Shown here one piece after another: positions 36,876 to 47,895 of a DNA stretch of 64,000 nt (the first letter of the stretch is position 1; the number at the start of each line of letters is the position of its first letter). The stretch is from an uncultured Eubacteriales bacterium. GTDB lineage: Bacteria > Bacillota > Clostridia > Oscillospirales > CAG-272. A program made the position numbers and the translations under genes. The stretch is taken from NCBI GenBank assembly GCA_934401725.1, contig CAKRSS010000002.1:1-64000 (forward strand), read 5' to 3'. Below the pieces are notes generated by a model. The model searched no databases. It was not told the origin of the DNA and saw only the letters and a program-made list of their open reading frames with translations.

Positions 36876-36921
36876 AAAAAACCAGTCGGCGTCCGGAATC
36901 GGACACCGACTGGTTTTTTTA
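36876..36921. terminator. bidirectional intrinsic terminator (polC / convergent membrane-protein gene)
   Basis: AAAAAA CCAGTCGGCGTCCGG aat CGGACACCGACTGG TTTTTTT. Confidence 0.9.
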
Positions 36922-37713
36922 TTTATTTTGCCGACGAAGCTCGCGGGAGCGCTGTGTCATGAGCCCCCACAGCATTCCGAGATACGATGCAAAGCCGAGG
37001 ACAAGGCACATGAAGTAGTAAAGAAGCATCCAAAGCAGATCCGCAAGGCTCCGCGGCGGGCCGATGATAATGTCGTTTATAAGCAGCTGCACTGCCTTGC
37101 TGACGGTGATGAGCCCGCCAATCCACAACGCCGCACGCTGAAACGGATTCTGCTTGTTTATCAGCGAGGTGAAAGGGAAGAACAGCGACTCTTCGTCAAA
37201 TCGGTAGTTCTCGAGCTTGCCCTCGAGCGACTTTTTTTCGGCAATGAATCCGCCCGCCTGACGCATGACACGGCTGATTATAAGCAATACCAAAGCGAGT
37301 TGCGCTATCTCGAGCACAAGCGGCAGAAGAAACGCGAGGAGTATGTCCGTCAGGTAGTTTTTGACGGAGGGCAGCGTTCCATTCATGATGACGGTGACGG
37401 CGACCTTGGCGACGTATTTGTACACCGTCAGCAGTGCAAATGCGATAACGTATCCCCGCCGCTGACGCTGAGTCGAGGTGCGCCATCTGAAGAGTATCAC
37501 AGTGTACGCCGCAAGCATACCGATAAGCTCGCACAGGTCGGTGGCGTACGGTATTATGTCCACGAACACCGGGATCATGAACGCAACATCGGTCTCGGAC
37601 TTGACGTACAGCGTTGTCATCACGACCGCGTAAAACGTGAATATTGCGAACACAGTCAGCACCATGCCGACCAGTGAGCGCTTATATGATTGATTTTTTA
37701 CATCCTGACTCAT
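36919..37713 (-). CDS. hypothetical polytopic membrane protein
   Basis: 264 aa with 6-7 predicted TM helices. No recognisable catalytic motif. Confidence 0.5.
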   Translation of the reverse strand: MSQDVKNQSYKRSLVGMVLTVFAIFTFYAVVMTTLYVKSETDVAFMIPVFVDIIPYATDLCELIGMLAAYTVILFRWRTSTQRQRRGYVIAFALLTVYKYVAKVAVTVIMNGTLPSVKNYLTDILLAFLLPLVLEIAQLALVLLIISRVMRQAGGFIAEKKSLEGKLENYRFDEESLFFPFTSLINKQNPFQRAALWIGGLITVSKAVQLLINDIIIGPPRSLADLLWMLLYYFMCLVLGFASYLGMLWGLMTQRSRELRRQNK

Positions 37714-37791
37714 AAAAACGGGGAGTTCCTTTGCATTAAATTTAGGTTCTGTTCATATGATGTTATAACTCAACAGAAAAGGATAACTGAT

Positions 37792-38469
37792 ATGGCAGAC
37801 AAGACAAACAGTACAAACAGCATAAATCGCGAAAAACGCATACTTGACTTTGAGGACATGAAGGATCACCAAAGCCTCATAGAACACCTCGAGGTGCTCA
37901 TCGGGCGCTATCGCGGATTGCACGTCGTTCCGCTCTCAATGTGTGAAGGAAGAATTGTTCCGGCCGTGTTTCTCGGCCACGGAAGCCGCATTACAGTCTA
38001 TACCGCAGACGCAGACGGGGAATCCTTCCTCCCGTCGCAGCTGCTCATGAGATACATAAACGAATATTGCGAAATGCGCCAAAGCGGGCGTCGGGTGTTC
38101 GGTATAGACCTTCTGAGCTTTGAGGAAAGCCGTTCGGTGTGCGTCATACCAATCTCACACACGGCCGACGGCGTCGCTTATACCGCGGACTCCGTGTCCG
38201 GTGACCGCCGCCTTTCCATTGAGCTGAAGCAGGGGGACAGCCACATCACCTGTGCTGAGGCGTCCTGCACCGGGCGATGTCGCGGAGTCGCGCAGTCGGT
38301 AGGCAGGCTGTGCGGGCTCCCGCCCACGATTGATCCGAGCCTACACGAGACCTCACGACCACACTTCAACATCTACTGCGGGCGTTGCTACGAGACCGAG
38401 GAGCAGGGCTTTTTCCGCACCTACGCCTCGGTGCGCGAGCTGCTGTTCGTCGCACCGATCATTGTGTGA
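37792..38469 (+). CDS. hypothetical soluble protein with a Cys-rich C-terminus
   Basis: About 226 aa, starting MADKTNSTN. The C-terminal region reads ITCAEASCTGRCRG...LCG...IYCGRCYETEE. No family recognised. Confidence 0.45.
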   Translation: MADKTNSTNSINREKRILDFEDMKDHQSLIEHLEVLIGRYRGLHVVPLSMCEGRIVPAVFLGHGSRITVYTADADGESFLPSQLLMRYINEYCEMRQSGRRVFGIDLLSFEESRSVCVIPISHTADGVAYTADSVSGDRRLSIELKQGDSHITCAEASCTGRCRGVAQSVGRLCGLPPTIDPSLHETSRPHFNIYCGRCYETEEQGFFRTYASVRELLFVAPIIV

Positions 38470-38489
38470 TGTTCCGGCGGTGTGCCGAC

Positions 38490-39554
38490 TCAATCGTCCT
38501 GCGAGTCGTCGATGCGTATCTGCTCGCCGTTGCGGGTCACGTTTGAGAAGGGAAGATTCAAGTGGTCGTATGCGGACTTGGTTACGCAGCGGCCGCGCGG
38601 AGTGCGCGAGAGAAAGCCGAGCTGCATAAGATACGGCTCGTAGACGTCCTCGAGCGTTATCGCTTCCTCGCCTATTGTCGCGGCAAGCGTCTCAAGCCCG
38701 ACGGGGCCGCCGTCGTACAGCCTGATTATGGCCTCGAGCATGCGGCGGTCGATTGAATCAAGCCCGAGCTCGTCTATGTCGAGGCATCCGAGTGCGTAGT
38801 TGGCTATTTCGGAGTCAATCCTGCCGCTGCCCTTGACCTGTGCAAAGTCACGGACGCGCTTTAGCAGCCTGTTGGCGATACGCGGCGTGCCGCGCGAGCG
38901 CGAGGCTATCTCAAGAGCGCCTTCAGGCGTGATCTCAATGCCCAGAATGCCCGCGCTGCGCGTGACTATCTTGGCCAGCTCGTCCGGCGTGTACAGCTCG
39001 AGACGCATTATGACGCCAAAGCGGTCGCGCAGAGGCGAGGTCAGCTGTCCGGCGCGAGTGGTAGCACCGATAAGCGTGAAGCGGGGCAAATCAATGCGTA
39101 TACTGCGCGCAGACGGCCCCTTGCCGATGATTATGTCGAGCGCAAAGTCCTCCATAGCGGGGTATAGAATCTCCTCAACGCCCTTTGAGAGACGGTGTAT
39201 CTCGTCAATGAACAGTATGTCGCCCTGCGACAGGTTGGTAAGTATCGCGGCGAGGTCCCCCTGCTTTTCGATTGCGGGCCCCGACGTGATACGGATGTTC
39301 ACGTTCATCTCGTTGGCGATTATGGCAGACAGCGTGGTCTTGCCGAGTCCGGGAGGGCCGTAAAGCAAGACGTGGTCGAGCGAATCGCCGCGCCCCTTGG
39401 CTGCGTTGATGTATATGCGCAGGTTTTCCTTGGCCTTCTCCTGACCGATGTAGTCGTCAAGCCGCCGCGGACGCAGCGAGACGTCGGTCTCGTTGTCCTC
39501 GGGAACGTAGGAACTGCTCATTAGCCGGTTTTCAAAATCCAATTCGTCGTCCAT
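38490..39554 (-). CDS. ruvB: Holliday junction branch-migration helicase RuvB
   Basis: GPPGLGKTT Walker A with a RuvB-specific context. Confidence 0.95.
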   Translation of the reverse strand: MDDELDFENRLMSSSYVPEDNETDVSLRPRRLDDYIGQEKAKENLRIYINAAKGRGDSLDHVLLYGPPGLGKTTLSAIIANEMNVNIRITSGPAIEKQGDLAAILTNLSQGDILFIDEIHRLSKGVEEILYPAMEDFALDIIIGKGPSARSIRIDLPRFTLIGATTRAGQLTSPLRDRFGVIMRLELYTPDELAKIVTRSAGILGIEITPEGALEIASRSRGTPRIANRLLKRVRDFAQVKGSGRIDSEIANYALGCLDIDELGLDSIDRRMLEAIIRLYDGGPVGLETLAATIGEEAITLEDVYEPYLMQLGFLSRTPRGRCVTKSAYDHLNLPFSNVTRNGEQIRIDDSQDD

Positions 39555-39567
39555 TTGCGTCAGCTCC

Positions 39568-40191
39568 TTACCTCATAAGTTTTTTCAGTGCCTGCCGGAT
39601 GACTTCTTCAAGCGGCAGGCCGTCTGCGTCGATTTCACGCAGGGCAGCCATGGCCTCGGGACGCGAATATCCGAGCACTGTCAGCGCGTCGATAGCCTCG
39701 GATAGCGCCGAGCGCTCGGTGCTCGGCGTCGGGCTGCTCGCAGCGTCCGAAGAAATGCTTGACGGAAACGACGTCGCCGCCAGCTTGTCCTTAAGCTCAA
39801 GAATAATTCTTGCCGCCGTCTTGGGTCCGACGCCGGAGGCCTTTGAGATGGTTTTTTTGTCCTCCGTGCAGACTGCCAGCGCGAACTTCTCGGGCGTCAG
39901 CAGCGACAGCACCGACAGCGCCACCTTAGGGCCTACCCCGGAAACCGAAATAAGCAGCTTGAAGGCCGCCAGCTCCTCGGTGCTTGCAAAGCCGAAAAGC
40001 TCAATTCCATCCTCGCGGACGGACATATAAGTGTAAAGCGTCGCCTTGACGGGTTCTCTCTGGAATGTGAGCTTGGGCAGGGCGTCGTATGAGGTCTGGC
40101 TTATGGACATTTTGTATGCGACGCCGCCCGCGTCGATAACGGCGCAGCCGGGTTCAAGTATAACAAGCTGTCCGCTGATATAGTAAAGCAT
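39568..40191 (-). CDS. ruvA: Holliday junction DNA helicase RuvA
   Basis: 207 aa. HhH motifs ([22 protein letters not shown]). Confidence 0.9.
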   Translation of the reverse strand: MLYYISGQLVILEPGCAVIDAGGVAYKMSISQTSYDALPKLTFQREPVKATLYTYMSVREDGIELFGFASTEELAAFKLLISVSGVGPKVALSVLSLLTPEKFALAVCTEDKKTISKASGVGPKTAARIILELKDKLAATSFPSSISSDAASSPTPSTERSALSEAIDALTVLGYSRPEAMAALREIDADGLPLEEVIRQALKKLMR

Positions 40192-43080
40192 TCAGTTCTC
40201 CTTTTTGACGTTTTCTTTATTGTCGGGCCTGACGTCAGAGGGGGCTTTTTCGTCGTACGCCCCCTCGTTCAGGCAGGGCATCTCGCCGTCGCCGTTACCG
40301 GTGTCATCTGCGTTTTCGGCATCCTCGGGGCGGCGGTCCTTTATGACAAGGTGCTTGCGGAACACAATCAGAACCACAAACAGCCCGATACTTATAAGCG
40401 TAACGGTAAGTCCCAGCACAAACTCGCGCGGCATGTATTTCATGCGTACCTCGTGCGTGCCGGACGAGGTGATATTGAAGGCGATAAGCGCGTCGAGCGT
40501 CTCGAAGGTCTCGACCTTCTCACCGTCGACGTATATCTGCCAGCCTGCGTCGTAGGGAATGGTGGTGAGTATGGTCTGGCTCTCGTTTGTCGTGGTGATG
40601 GTGCCCTTGAAGTGGCTGTCGTCAAAGTCGGTTATATCGTATTGACACTGCGCGAGCCGGGTCATAGCGTCGGCAAAAACGGCCTCGTCGATGTAGTACA
40701 GCATGCTGCAACCCTTCTTTACATAGAGGTCGTCGCCAAGAAGTTCAAGCGTCAAATTGAAGGTATCCCCCTCCTCAAATGTGCCGAGAGTAATAATTTT
40801 TCCTTCGCCGCCGTAGCCAAACGATGATATGAACGTACCATTGGCTTTGATTCCTACCATACGCTGATAATCGCTGGGAACATAACAATACAACTTACCG
40901 TCGACGGGGGCCTCTATGGAATAGTAAACCATCGCAGTCGCACCTTCACTGGATTTTGCATACTTATAATGTCCGGCAATAAATGAGGATGTGCAGTTTG
41001 AGTTTGTTGTAGTCGAAGAAAGCTCCACCGGAACAAATACCTGAACGGTTTCCTCCTCGCCAAGCATCGCCGTTATTAAAGCGTTCATATAGTCCATCGG
41101 CGTATCATAGTCGTCCGCCTTAACTTGAGTCAGATCTGTCGCAACACCATATGCCAGAGACAACGCATACGTATTCAACCAGGCCGAGTAGTCGCCGACG
41201 GTGTATGCGCGCTCGTAATCAGCTGACAAATCATCAGAGCTGAACAGATACTTGATTCCGAGAAGCGCGTTATTTACAGGGGTGCCGGAGTATTTGTTTT
41301 TGTGGTCAACGTCATCGTAGTAGTTGGTGCTTGACCAATGCGATGCCGACGGATAACCCATGTTGTGCAGAAATTCTATCGTTGATGCATTAAGTGTTGA
41401 GGTCGAGTTGGAAATGCCGCGGATTCCCAGCGTCATATTGTCGTTCACCTTGCGCTGTATCGTTTTTTCCATTCGATAGAAGCTCGGGTCGTTCTTCATG
41501 GTTGTGTTGACAATCGGACGCAGCGCGGCCATGAAGTTGTTGTAGCCAGAGTAGCCTGAGTAGAGCACGTCCTTGTCGAGCCCGACAACGTTTGAAAGTC
41601 CGTTTGCGAACAGCTCGAAGCTGACCGCGAAGGCCATTATCAGAAGCATGTTTTCCTTGAACCTTGAGCTCTTGAACAGACACAGCAGAATGAGGTAGAC
41701 GGCAACGCACAGCAGCGAGAGCCAGATGGTCTGGAGATCGTCGACGTACTTATAGTCGAGCGTCTGAACGAACACGATAAGCCCGGCAATTCCGGTGCTG
41801 ATTGCAAGAATGGCCTTTGAGCTGACGCTTTGTATCTCCGAGAACGCCCGGCACGCGAGTACGAGCAGAAAGAAGCAAAGCATGAAGCTGTAACGATAGT
41901 TGAGCCAGTTGGGCTTCTGGAAGCCGTGCCACACAAGGTCGACGACGCTTATCGAGAAGCTGAGCACAAAGAACATTATCATGCAGCCCGACATAATTTT
42001 CTCCCTCGCCGAGAACTTAGACGACAGGAAAAACACAGGGACAAGTATGAGCGCAAGCGTGCCGCAGTAAACAAACGGCAATCCCTCGGGGCGTACGGTA
42101 TCATAGGCGCCGGGCAGGAACTTGGTCAGCAGCTCGATTATATCGAACTTGAAGCTGAAGCTCCAGCTGGGGTCGGTGAATGTGGTCTTACCGAACTTGA
42201 GCGAATAGTAAGCCGTGAGCAGTATCACCGTTGCGATGCCGACGGACAGCAGTGAATACCCCGCGAAGCGACCGAACGACTTGATGAAGTGGTGCTTTTC
42301 GCAGAGCGGGTTGTTTTTGTTGGCAACGTTCTCGGAGATGTAATAAAAGAAGAAATAAGCCAGACACCAGAAGCACATCATGTAGCCGATGTAGAAGTTG
42401 CTTGCAAGCGTGAGCGCGAGGAAAAAAACGTACATGCGGAACTTGCCGTACTTGACAAGCTGCTCAATGGCATACGATATAACAGGAAGCCAGATAAGAG
42501 CGTCTATCCACATCGAGTTGTGCTGCTGAACTATCGCGTAGGCGCTCAGCGCGTACATGCAGGAGAAGATGACGGTCGCAATTTTGCTGCGGCTCTTGCC
42601 GGTCTTATGGATGTAGAACCCGAAAGTGAAGCCGCAGAGTCCCGTCTTAAGCAAAAAGATAAACAGCAGCGCCTCGAGTATGCGCGTCTGCGGAAAAAGG
42701 CAGACGATATAAGAGAACGGGCTTGCGACGTAGTACGCGTAAATTCCCATGAACTCGCCGCCGAGCGCGCGGGAGAAGGAATAAAGCAGGCTTGCGTCAC
42801 CGTACACAAAGCGGCGCAGCGCCTCATAGAAATAGACGTACTGACCGTTAAGGTCGAGCACGAGCACCGAGCCGTCGCCAAACGGATGTATTTCCATGGC
42901 AATGTATATGATATACATTATGACGACCGGGATGATAAAAGCAAAGACAAGGTAAATACTGTCCATTGTCGCAAGACGCCGCAGACCGTTGCGTATGGTC
43001 GCAAGGACGCTTGCGGGTGAAAACTTTTTTTCTTCCATGTTTCTGTTTGCCTTCCGTGAAATTATTCGTGTCTGACTCAA
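40192..43080 (-). CDS. YfhO-family polytopic membrane protein (putative glycosyltransferase)
   Basis: 962 aa with more than 12 TM helices and a large extracytoplasmic C-terminal domain. Size and topology fit YfhO. Confidence 0.65.
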   Translation of the reverse strand: MSQTRIISRKANRNMEEKKFSPASVLATIRNGLRRLATMDSIYLVFAFIIPVVIMYIIYIAMEIHPFGDGSVLVLDLNGQYVYFYEALRRFVYGDASLLYSFSRALGGEFMGIYAYYVASPFSYIVCLFPQTRILEALLFIFLLKTGLCGFTFGFYIHKTGKSRSKIATVIFSCMYALSAYAIVQQHNSMWIDALIWLPVISYAIEQLVKYGKFRMYVFFLALTLASNFYIGYMMCFWCLAYFFFYYISENVANKNNPLCEKHHFIKSFGRFAGYSLLSVGIATVILLTAYYSLKFGKTTFTDPSWSFSFKFDIIELLTKFLPGAYDTVRPEGLPFVYCGTLALILVPVFFLSSKFSAREKIMSGCMIMFFVLSFSISVVDLVWHGFQKPNWLNYRYSFMLCFFLLVLACRAFSEIQSVSSKAILAISTGIAGLIVFVQTLDYKYVDDLQTIWLSLLCVAVYLILLCLFKSSRFKENMLLIMAFAVSFELFANGLSNVVGLDKDVLYSGYSGYNNFMAALRPIVNTTMKNDPSFYRMEKTIQRKVNDNMTLGIRGISNSTSTLNASTIEFLHNMGYPSASHWSSTNYYDDVDHKNKYSGTPVNNALLGIKYLFSSDDLSADYERAYTVGDYSAWLNTYALSLAYGVATDLTQVKADDYDTPMDYMNALITAMLGEEETVQVFVPVELSSTTTNSNCTSSFIAGHYKYAKSSEGATAMVYYSIEAPVDGKLYCYVPSDYQRMVGIKANGTFISSFGYGGEGKIITLGTFEEGDTFNLTLELLGDDLYVKKGCSMLYYIDEAVFADAMTRLAQCQYDITDFDDSHFKGTITTTNESQTILTTIPYDAGWQIYVDGEKVETFETLDALIAFNITSSGTHEVRMKYMPREFVLGLTVTLISIGLFVVLIVFRKHLVIKDRRPEDAENADDTGNGDGEMPCLNEGAYDEKAPSDVRPDNKENVKKEN

Positions 43081-43283
43081 TTGACGTGAGTGGTATGTTT
43101 GATGCTTTTTTCGAGTTTGATGCGGTCAAGCGTCATGTCGCGGCCGCAGCCGAGGCACTTCAGCCTGACAACACCTCCGACGCGTATTATCTCAAAGCTG
43201 TCAGAGCCGCAGGGGTGCGGCTTTTTCAGCTTTACTACGTCGCCGGGGGACAATCTGATTATTTCCAAGGTTACTCCCCCCAT
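43077..43283 (-). CDS. DUF951-family small protein
   Basis: GDVVKLKKPHPCGSDSFEIIRVGGVVRLKCLGCGRDMTL matches the DUF951 signature. It overlaps the yfhO start. Confidence 0.6.
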   Translation of the reverse strand: MGGVTLEIIRLSPGDVVKLKKPHPCGSDSFEIIRVGGVVRLKCLGCGRDMTLDRIKLEKSIKHTTHVN

Positions 43284-43356
43284 ATAAGCATTATTGATAA
43301 TTATATCATATAAGCACGGTTTTGTAAACACCGCGTGACATTTTTGTGACACATTG

Positions 43357-43393
43357 CATGTCAGGAATATTTATTCATTGATTTATGCATCGT
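43357..43393. promoter_or_regulatory. candidate ARG box (ArgR/AhrC operator) upstream of argG
   Basis: GGAATATTTATTCATTGATTTATGCAT. The AATA-TTT-TATTCA palindrome resembles the ARG-box half-site arrangement. Confidence 0.4.
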
Positions 43394-43543
43394 GATAAGG
43401 CATAATTGCCATAAATGCGGTTTAAAAACGCTCTTTAATTGTCGCATAAGTAGAAAACTAAGATTATTTAAAAAAGCTATTGAAAAAATATTCAGAAAGG
43501 TGTAATATATATGCACAAAAACAAAGTTCGGAGGAACACTGCA

Positions 43544-44773
43544 ATGGATAAAAGTAAAATCAAAAAGGTTGTTCTGGCCTACTCGGGTGGCCTTGACACT
43601 TCAATCATAATTCCGTGGCTCAAGGAAAACTACAACAACTGCGAAGTAATCGCCGTTTCCGGAAACGTCGGTCAGGCGGACGAGCTGGATGGGCTTGAGG
43701 AAAAGGCGCTCAAGACGGGCGCGTCCAAGCTGTATGTCGAAGACCTCACAAAGGAGTTCCTTGAGGATTACGTTTTCCCCTGCGTACAGGCCGGGGCTCT
43801 GTACGAGGACTATATGCTCGGCACGGCGTTCGCACGTCCGCCGATTGCAAAGCGTGTAGCCGAGATTGCGATTGCCGAGGGCGCTGACGCCATCTGTCAC
43901 GGCTGCACTGGCAAGGGCAACGACCAGGTGCGTTTTGAGTTGGCTATCAAGGCGTTCGCACCTGACATGCCCGTGATTGCTCCGTGGCGTGAGTGGAACA
44001 TAAAATCCCGCAGCGAAGAGATAGATTACGCCGAGGCGCACAACATCCCGCTGCGTATCAGCCGCGAGACCAACTACTCCAAGGACAAGAACATCTGGCA
44101 CTTGTCTCACGAGGGGCTCGACCTCGAGGATCCCGCCAACGAGCCGCAGTACAACAAGAAGGGCTTTCTTGAGATGGGCGTTTCGCCCGAACAGGCGCCG
44201 GACAAGCCCACCTATGTAACGATACACTTTGACGAGGGCATTCCCACCGCCGTCGACGGCGTCAAGATGGGGGCGGTCGAGCTTGTTACAAAGCTGAATG
44301 AGGTCGGAGGAGCCAACGGTGTAGGCCTGCTTGACATTGTCGAAAACCGTCTTGTCGGCATGAAGTGCCGCGGCGTTTATGAGACGCCCGGTGGCGCGAT
44401 ACTGTACCACGCGCACGCCGTTCTTGAGACGCTCTGCCTTGACAAGGAGACGGCGCACTACAAAGCTCTCGTTGCGCAGAAGCTGGCCGAGCTTGTCTAC
44501 GCCGCGCAGTGGTTCACTCCGCTCACCGAGGCCATACTCGCCTTCGTGAAAACGACGCAGCGCACCGTCACAGGTGACGTCACGCTCAAGCTGTACAAGG
44601 GCAACATGATAAACGCCGGAGTCACCTCGCCTTACTCTCTCTACGATCCCGAGATTGCCACCTTCGACGAGGACGACGTCTACAATCAGAACGACGCCTC
44701 CGGATTCATCACACTGTACGGTCTGCCTACCAAGGTCTACGCCAAAATGAAGGCCAAGAACGGTCTGAAATAA
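43544..44773 (+). CDS. argG: argininosuccinate synthase
   Basis: [10 protein letters not shown]-loop. 409 aa. Confidence 0.95.
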   Translation: MDKSKIKKVVLAYSGGLDTSIIIPWLKENYNNCEVIAVSGNVGQADELDGLEEKALKTGASKLYVEDLTKEFLEDYVFPCVQAGALYEDYMLGTAFARPPIAKRVAEIAIAEGADAICHGCTGKGNDQVRFELAIKAFAPDMPVIAPWREWNIKSRSEEIDYAEAHNIPLRISRETNYSKDKNIWHLSHEGLDLEDPANEPQYNKKGFLEMGVSPEQAPDKPTYVTIHFDEGIPTAVDGVKMGAVELVTKLNEVGGANGVGLLDIVENRLVGMKCRGVYETPGGAILYHAHAVLETLCLDKETAHYKALVAQKLAELVYAAQWFTPLTEAILAFVKTTQRTVTGDVTLKLYKGNMINAGVTSPYSLYDPEIATFDEDDVYNQNDASGFITLYGLPTKVYAKMKAKNGLK

Positions 44774-44777
44774 ATCC

Positions 44778-46175
44778 ATGGGCACAAATCAGAAAATGTG
44801 GGCGGGGCGCTTCGAGAAGCCGCTCGACAGCCTCGCTGACGATTTCAATTCCTCGTTGTCGTTCGACCGGCGCATGTACAAACAGGACATCGCCGGTTCG
44901 ATAGCGCACGCGGGGATGCTGGCAAATCAGGGAATAATCGCGCAGTCCGACGCCGAGCAGATAATCGCCGGGCTGACGGGAATACTCGATGACATAAATT
45001 CCGGCAAGCTCGAAATAGTTCCGGGAGCCGAGGACATACACATGTTTGTCGAGGCCGAGCTGACCGCGAGAATCGGCGACGTCGGAAAAAAGCTGCACAC
45101 CGCCCGCAGCCGCAACGATCAGGTGGCGCTTGATCTGCGCATGTACCTGCGTGACGAGGCGGACGGCATAGTCGCTGCCATACAGGGGCTGATAGCGGCG
45201 ATAGTCGACAAGGCCGAGGAAAACATAGACGCCATCATGCCGGGCTACACCCACCTCCAGCGCGCTCAGCCGATACTGTTTTCACATCACATAATGGCAT
45301 ATTCGTACATGCTGTACCGGGACATTTTGCGGATTTGTGATGCCAAAGCGCGCATGAATCAGTCGCCGCTCGGCAGCTGCGCGCTCGCCGGTACGACCTA
45401 CAATACCGACCGCGAGGCAGTCGCCGCAGCGCTCGGCTTTGACGGAATAACCCAGAACAGCATCGACGGCGTCTCCGATCGCGATTTCTGCATCGAGCTC
45501 ATGAGCGCGATGTCGATACTTATGATGCACCTGTCGCGCATGGCTGAAGAGATCATTCTGTGGTCGTCGTGGGAGTTCGGCTTTGTCGAGCTCGACGACA
45601 GCTACACAACCGGCTCGAGCATCATGCCGCAGAAAAAGAACCCCGATATGGCCGAACTTGTCCGCGGCAAGACAGGGCGCGTCTACGGTCATCTGATGGG
45701 ACTGCTTACCACCATGAAAGGCCTGCCGCTTGCCTACAATAAAGATATGCAGGAAGACAAGGAAGCCGTGTTCGACTGCTGCGACACGGTGAAAATGTGT
45801 CTCGGTGTTTTCACTCCTATGGTAGCGACCATGAAAGTGCGCCGCGACCGCATGATAAACGCCGCGCGCCGTGGCTTTATCAACGCCACGGATCTTGCCG
45901 ATTACCTCGTCGGGAAGGGAATACCCTTTCGCGCGGCCTACAATACGGTCGGGCGTATCGTCGGGTATGCCGTGCGGCACGGTCAGGTGCTTGAGGAGAT
46001 ACCGCTTGATATATATGAAAGCTTTGACGCCTCGTTCGGCGAAGACCTTTACGACGCCATAGAACTCGGCACCTGCGTGCGCCGCAGAACCTCGGCCGGA
46101 GGCACCGGAGAGGCATCCGTCAAATCGCAGATAGCCTTCATGCGGGACTATCTTAGAAGTGTGACGAAGGCGTGA
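44778..46175 (+). CDS. argH: argininosuccinate lyase
   Basis: Fumarate lyase signature ([12 protein letters not shown]). Confidence 0.95.
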   Translation: MGTNQKMWAGRFEKPLDSLADDFNSSLSFDRRMYKQDIAGSIAHAGMLANQGIIAQSDAEQIIAGLTGILDDINSGKLEIVPGAEDIHMFVEAELTARIGDVGKKLHTARSRNDQVALDLRMYLRDEADGIVAAIQGLIAAIVDKAEENIDAIMPGYTHLQRAQPILFSHHIMAYSYMLYRDILRICDAKARMNQSPLGSCALAGTTYNTDREAVAAALGFDGITQNSIDGVSDRDFCIELMSAMSILMMHLSRMAEEIILWSSWEFGFVELDDSYTTGSSIMPQKKNPDMAELVRGKTGRVYGHLMGLLTTMKGLPLAYNKDMQEDKEAVFDCCDTVKMCLGVFTPMVATMKVRRDRMINAARRGFINATDLADYLVGKGIPFRAAYNTVGRIVGYAVRHGQVLEEIPLDIYESFDASFGEDLYDAIELGTCVRRRTSAGGTGEASVKSQIAFMRDYLRSVTKA

Positions 46176-46273
46176 ATTTGTGAACAATACATGAATATTG
46201 TCCAAAAACATATTCTTCGGTGGCCTTGATTATAGGCTTTTATGATAAATGAACACAAAATGTCGAAAACGAC

Positions 46274-46303
46274 TTGACAACACAACATTTTGTTTGGTAT
46301 AAT
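46274..46303 (+). promoter_or_regulatory. sigma-A promoter of the riboswitch-controlled nucleoside transporter operon
   Basis: TTGACA, 18-nt spacer, TATAAT. Confidence 0.6.
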
Positions 46304-46335
46304 AGGGGCAGTTCGAGATATTGTGATTTGATCGC

Positions 46336-46406
46336 GCTTGTATATACCCCATGATATGGTTGGGAAGTTTCTACCGGATAACCGTTAATTGTCCGACTAT
46401 GAGCAG
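46336..46406 (+). ncRNA. purine riboswitch aptamer (guanine class)
   Basis: UAUA-P2 with GAUAUGG loop, J2/3 AAGUUUCUACC, P3 GGAUA...UGUCC, then GACUAUG with the discriminator C. The match to the xpt G-box is nearly position for position. Confidence 0.85.
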
Positions 46407-46454
46407 ACAGAGAATTGCCCCGCGAGAACTGCATTTTTGCCGTTCCCTTGACGA

Positions 46455-46497
46455 CCGGCGTCTGCGCATAGAAGCTGCAGGCGTCGGTTTTGTTTTG
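46455..46497 (+). terminator. riboswitch expression-platform terminator
   Basis: An 11-bp stem (CCGGCGTCTGC / GCAGGCGTCGG, including 2 GU pairs) followed by TTTTGTTTT. Confidence 0.6.
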
Positions 46498-46548
46498 GCT
46501 TTACGGGCTATGCCCCTGAGCATATATAAAAATCATGGAGGAACAATC

Positions 46549-47820
46549 ATGTTCAAAAAAATCCTGTCACTTGCGCTTGTTGTCGTAATGTGTGCTTCAC
46601 TCTGCCTGGCTATGGTGTCCTGCTCTGACAATCAAGATCAGGGTGACGACATCATCGAATCCCCCCTGCCTCTGATCGAGACCAAATCCACGGTCACTGT
46701 GCCGGCCGACTTCAAGATCGGTTTCATTTTCCTGCACGACGAGAACTCCACCTACGACGCCAACTTCATCAACGCTGCAAAGAGAGTTCAGAAGGCGCTG
46801 AATCTGAAGGACGAGCAGATTGTTCTTAAGACAAATATTCCTGAGGACGATACCTGCTACAGCACCGCTATTGACCTTGCTGACCAGGGCTGCAATATCG
46901 TGTTTGCTGACTCCTTCGGTCACGAGGGCTACATTCTCCAGGCCGCTAAAGAGCGTCCAAACACCCAGTTCTGCCACGCAACCGGTACCCGCGCTCACAC
47001 CGAGGGTCTGGCTAACTTCCACAACGCGTTCGCTTCCATCTACGAGGGCAGATACCTCGCCGGTATCGCCGCTGGTATGAAGCTCAACGAGATGATCGAG
47101 TCCGGCAAGATCACCGCAGACAAAGCCGTCATGGGCTACGTCGGTGCGTACACCTATGCCGAGGTTATTTCCGGCCTTACTTCCTTCTACCTTGGCGCAA
47201 AGTCTGTTTGCCCCAGCGTTAAAATGAAGGTTCAGTTTACCGGCTCCTGGTACGACGAGGCTAAGGAGCAGGAGGCTGCAAATGCTCTTATCAGCAAGGA
47301 CTGCGTCCTCATCAGCCAGCACGCTGACTCCATGGGCGCTCCCTCTGCTTGCGAGATGAAGGGTATCCCGAATGTTTCCTACAACGGCAGCACCGTTTCC
47401 GCTTGCCCCGACACATTCATCGTTTCCTCTGCCATCAACTGGACCCCTTACTTCCAGTACATCATCGAGTCCTACGTCAAGGGCGAGGCAATTGCTGCTG
47501 ACTGGTGCGGCGGTATCGACGAGGGCTCCGTTGTCCTGAGTGACATCAACGGCAAGGCCGCTGCCAAGGGCACCAAGGAGAAGATTGCCGAGACCATCAC
47601 CGCTTTGAAGAACGGCACTCTCAAGGTCTTCGACGTCAACACCTTCACCGTCAACGGCGAGAAGCTGACCTCCTACATGGCTGACGTCAACTTTGACGAG
47701 AACTACACCAAGGATACCGAGGCCATCAAGAACGGCGCGTTTGCCGAGTCCTCTGACCGTTCGGCTCCTTACTTCGATCTCACCATCGACGGTATTGAGT
47801 TCCTGAACTCGATGTATTAA
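46549..47820 (+). CDS. BMP-family (PnrA/Med-like) nucleoside ABC transporter substrate-binding lipoprotein
   Basis: Signal peptide plus lipobox (LAMVSCSD). BMP-family fold. GGAGGA RBS. Confidence 0.8.
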   Translation: MFKKILSLALVVVMCASLCLAMVSCSDNQDQGDDIIESPLPLIETKSTVTVPADFKIGFIFLHDENSTYDANFINAAKRVQKALNLKDEQIVLKTNIPEDDTCYSTAIDLADQGCNIVFADSFGHEGYILQAAKERPNTQFCHATGTRAHTEGLANFHNAFASIYEGRYLAGIAAGMKLNEMIESGKITADKAVMGYVGAYTYAEVISGLTSFYLGAKSVCPSVKMKVQFTGSWYDEAKEQEAANALISKDCVLISQHADSMGAPSACEMKGIPNVSYNGSTVSACPDTFIVSSAINWTPYFQYIIESYVKGEAIAADWCGGIDEGSVVLSDINGKAAAKGTKEKIAETITALKNGTLKVFDVNTFTVNGEKLTSYMADVNFDENYTKDTEAIKNGAFAESSDRSAPYFDLTIDGIEFLNSMY

Positions 47821-47895
47821 TAAGCTGCTTTTTGGACAAAAGGCGGAGCATCAATGCCCCGCCTTAGTCCTTTTTATCTTATGGAGGATAACAGG

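Noticed and set aside
43601-46211. 394-aa and 309-aa ORFs antisense to argG and argH
   Set aside because: Antisense to highly conserved enzymes. GC-driven open frames.
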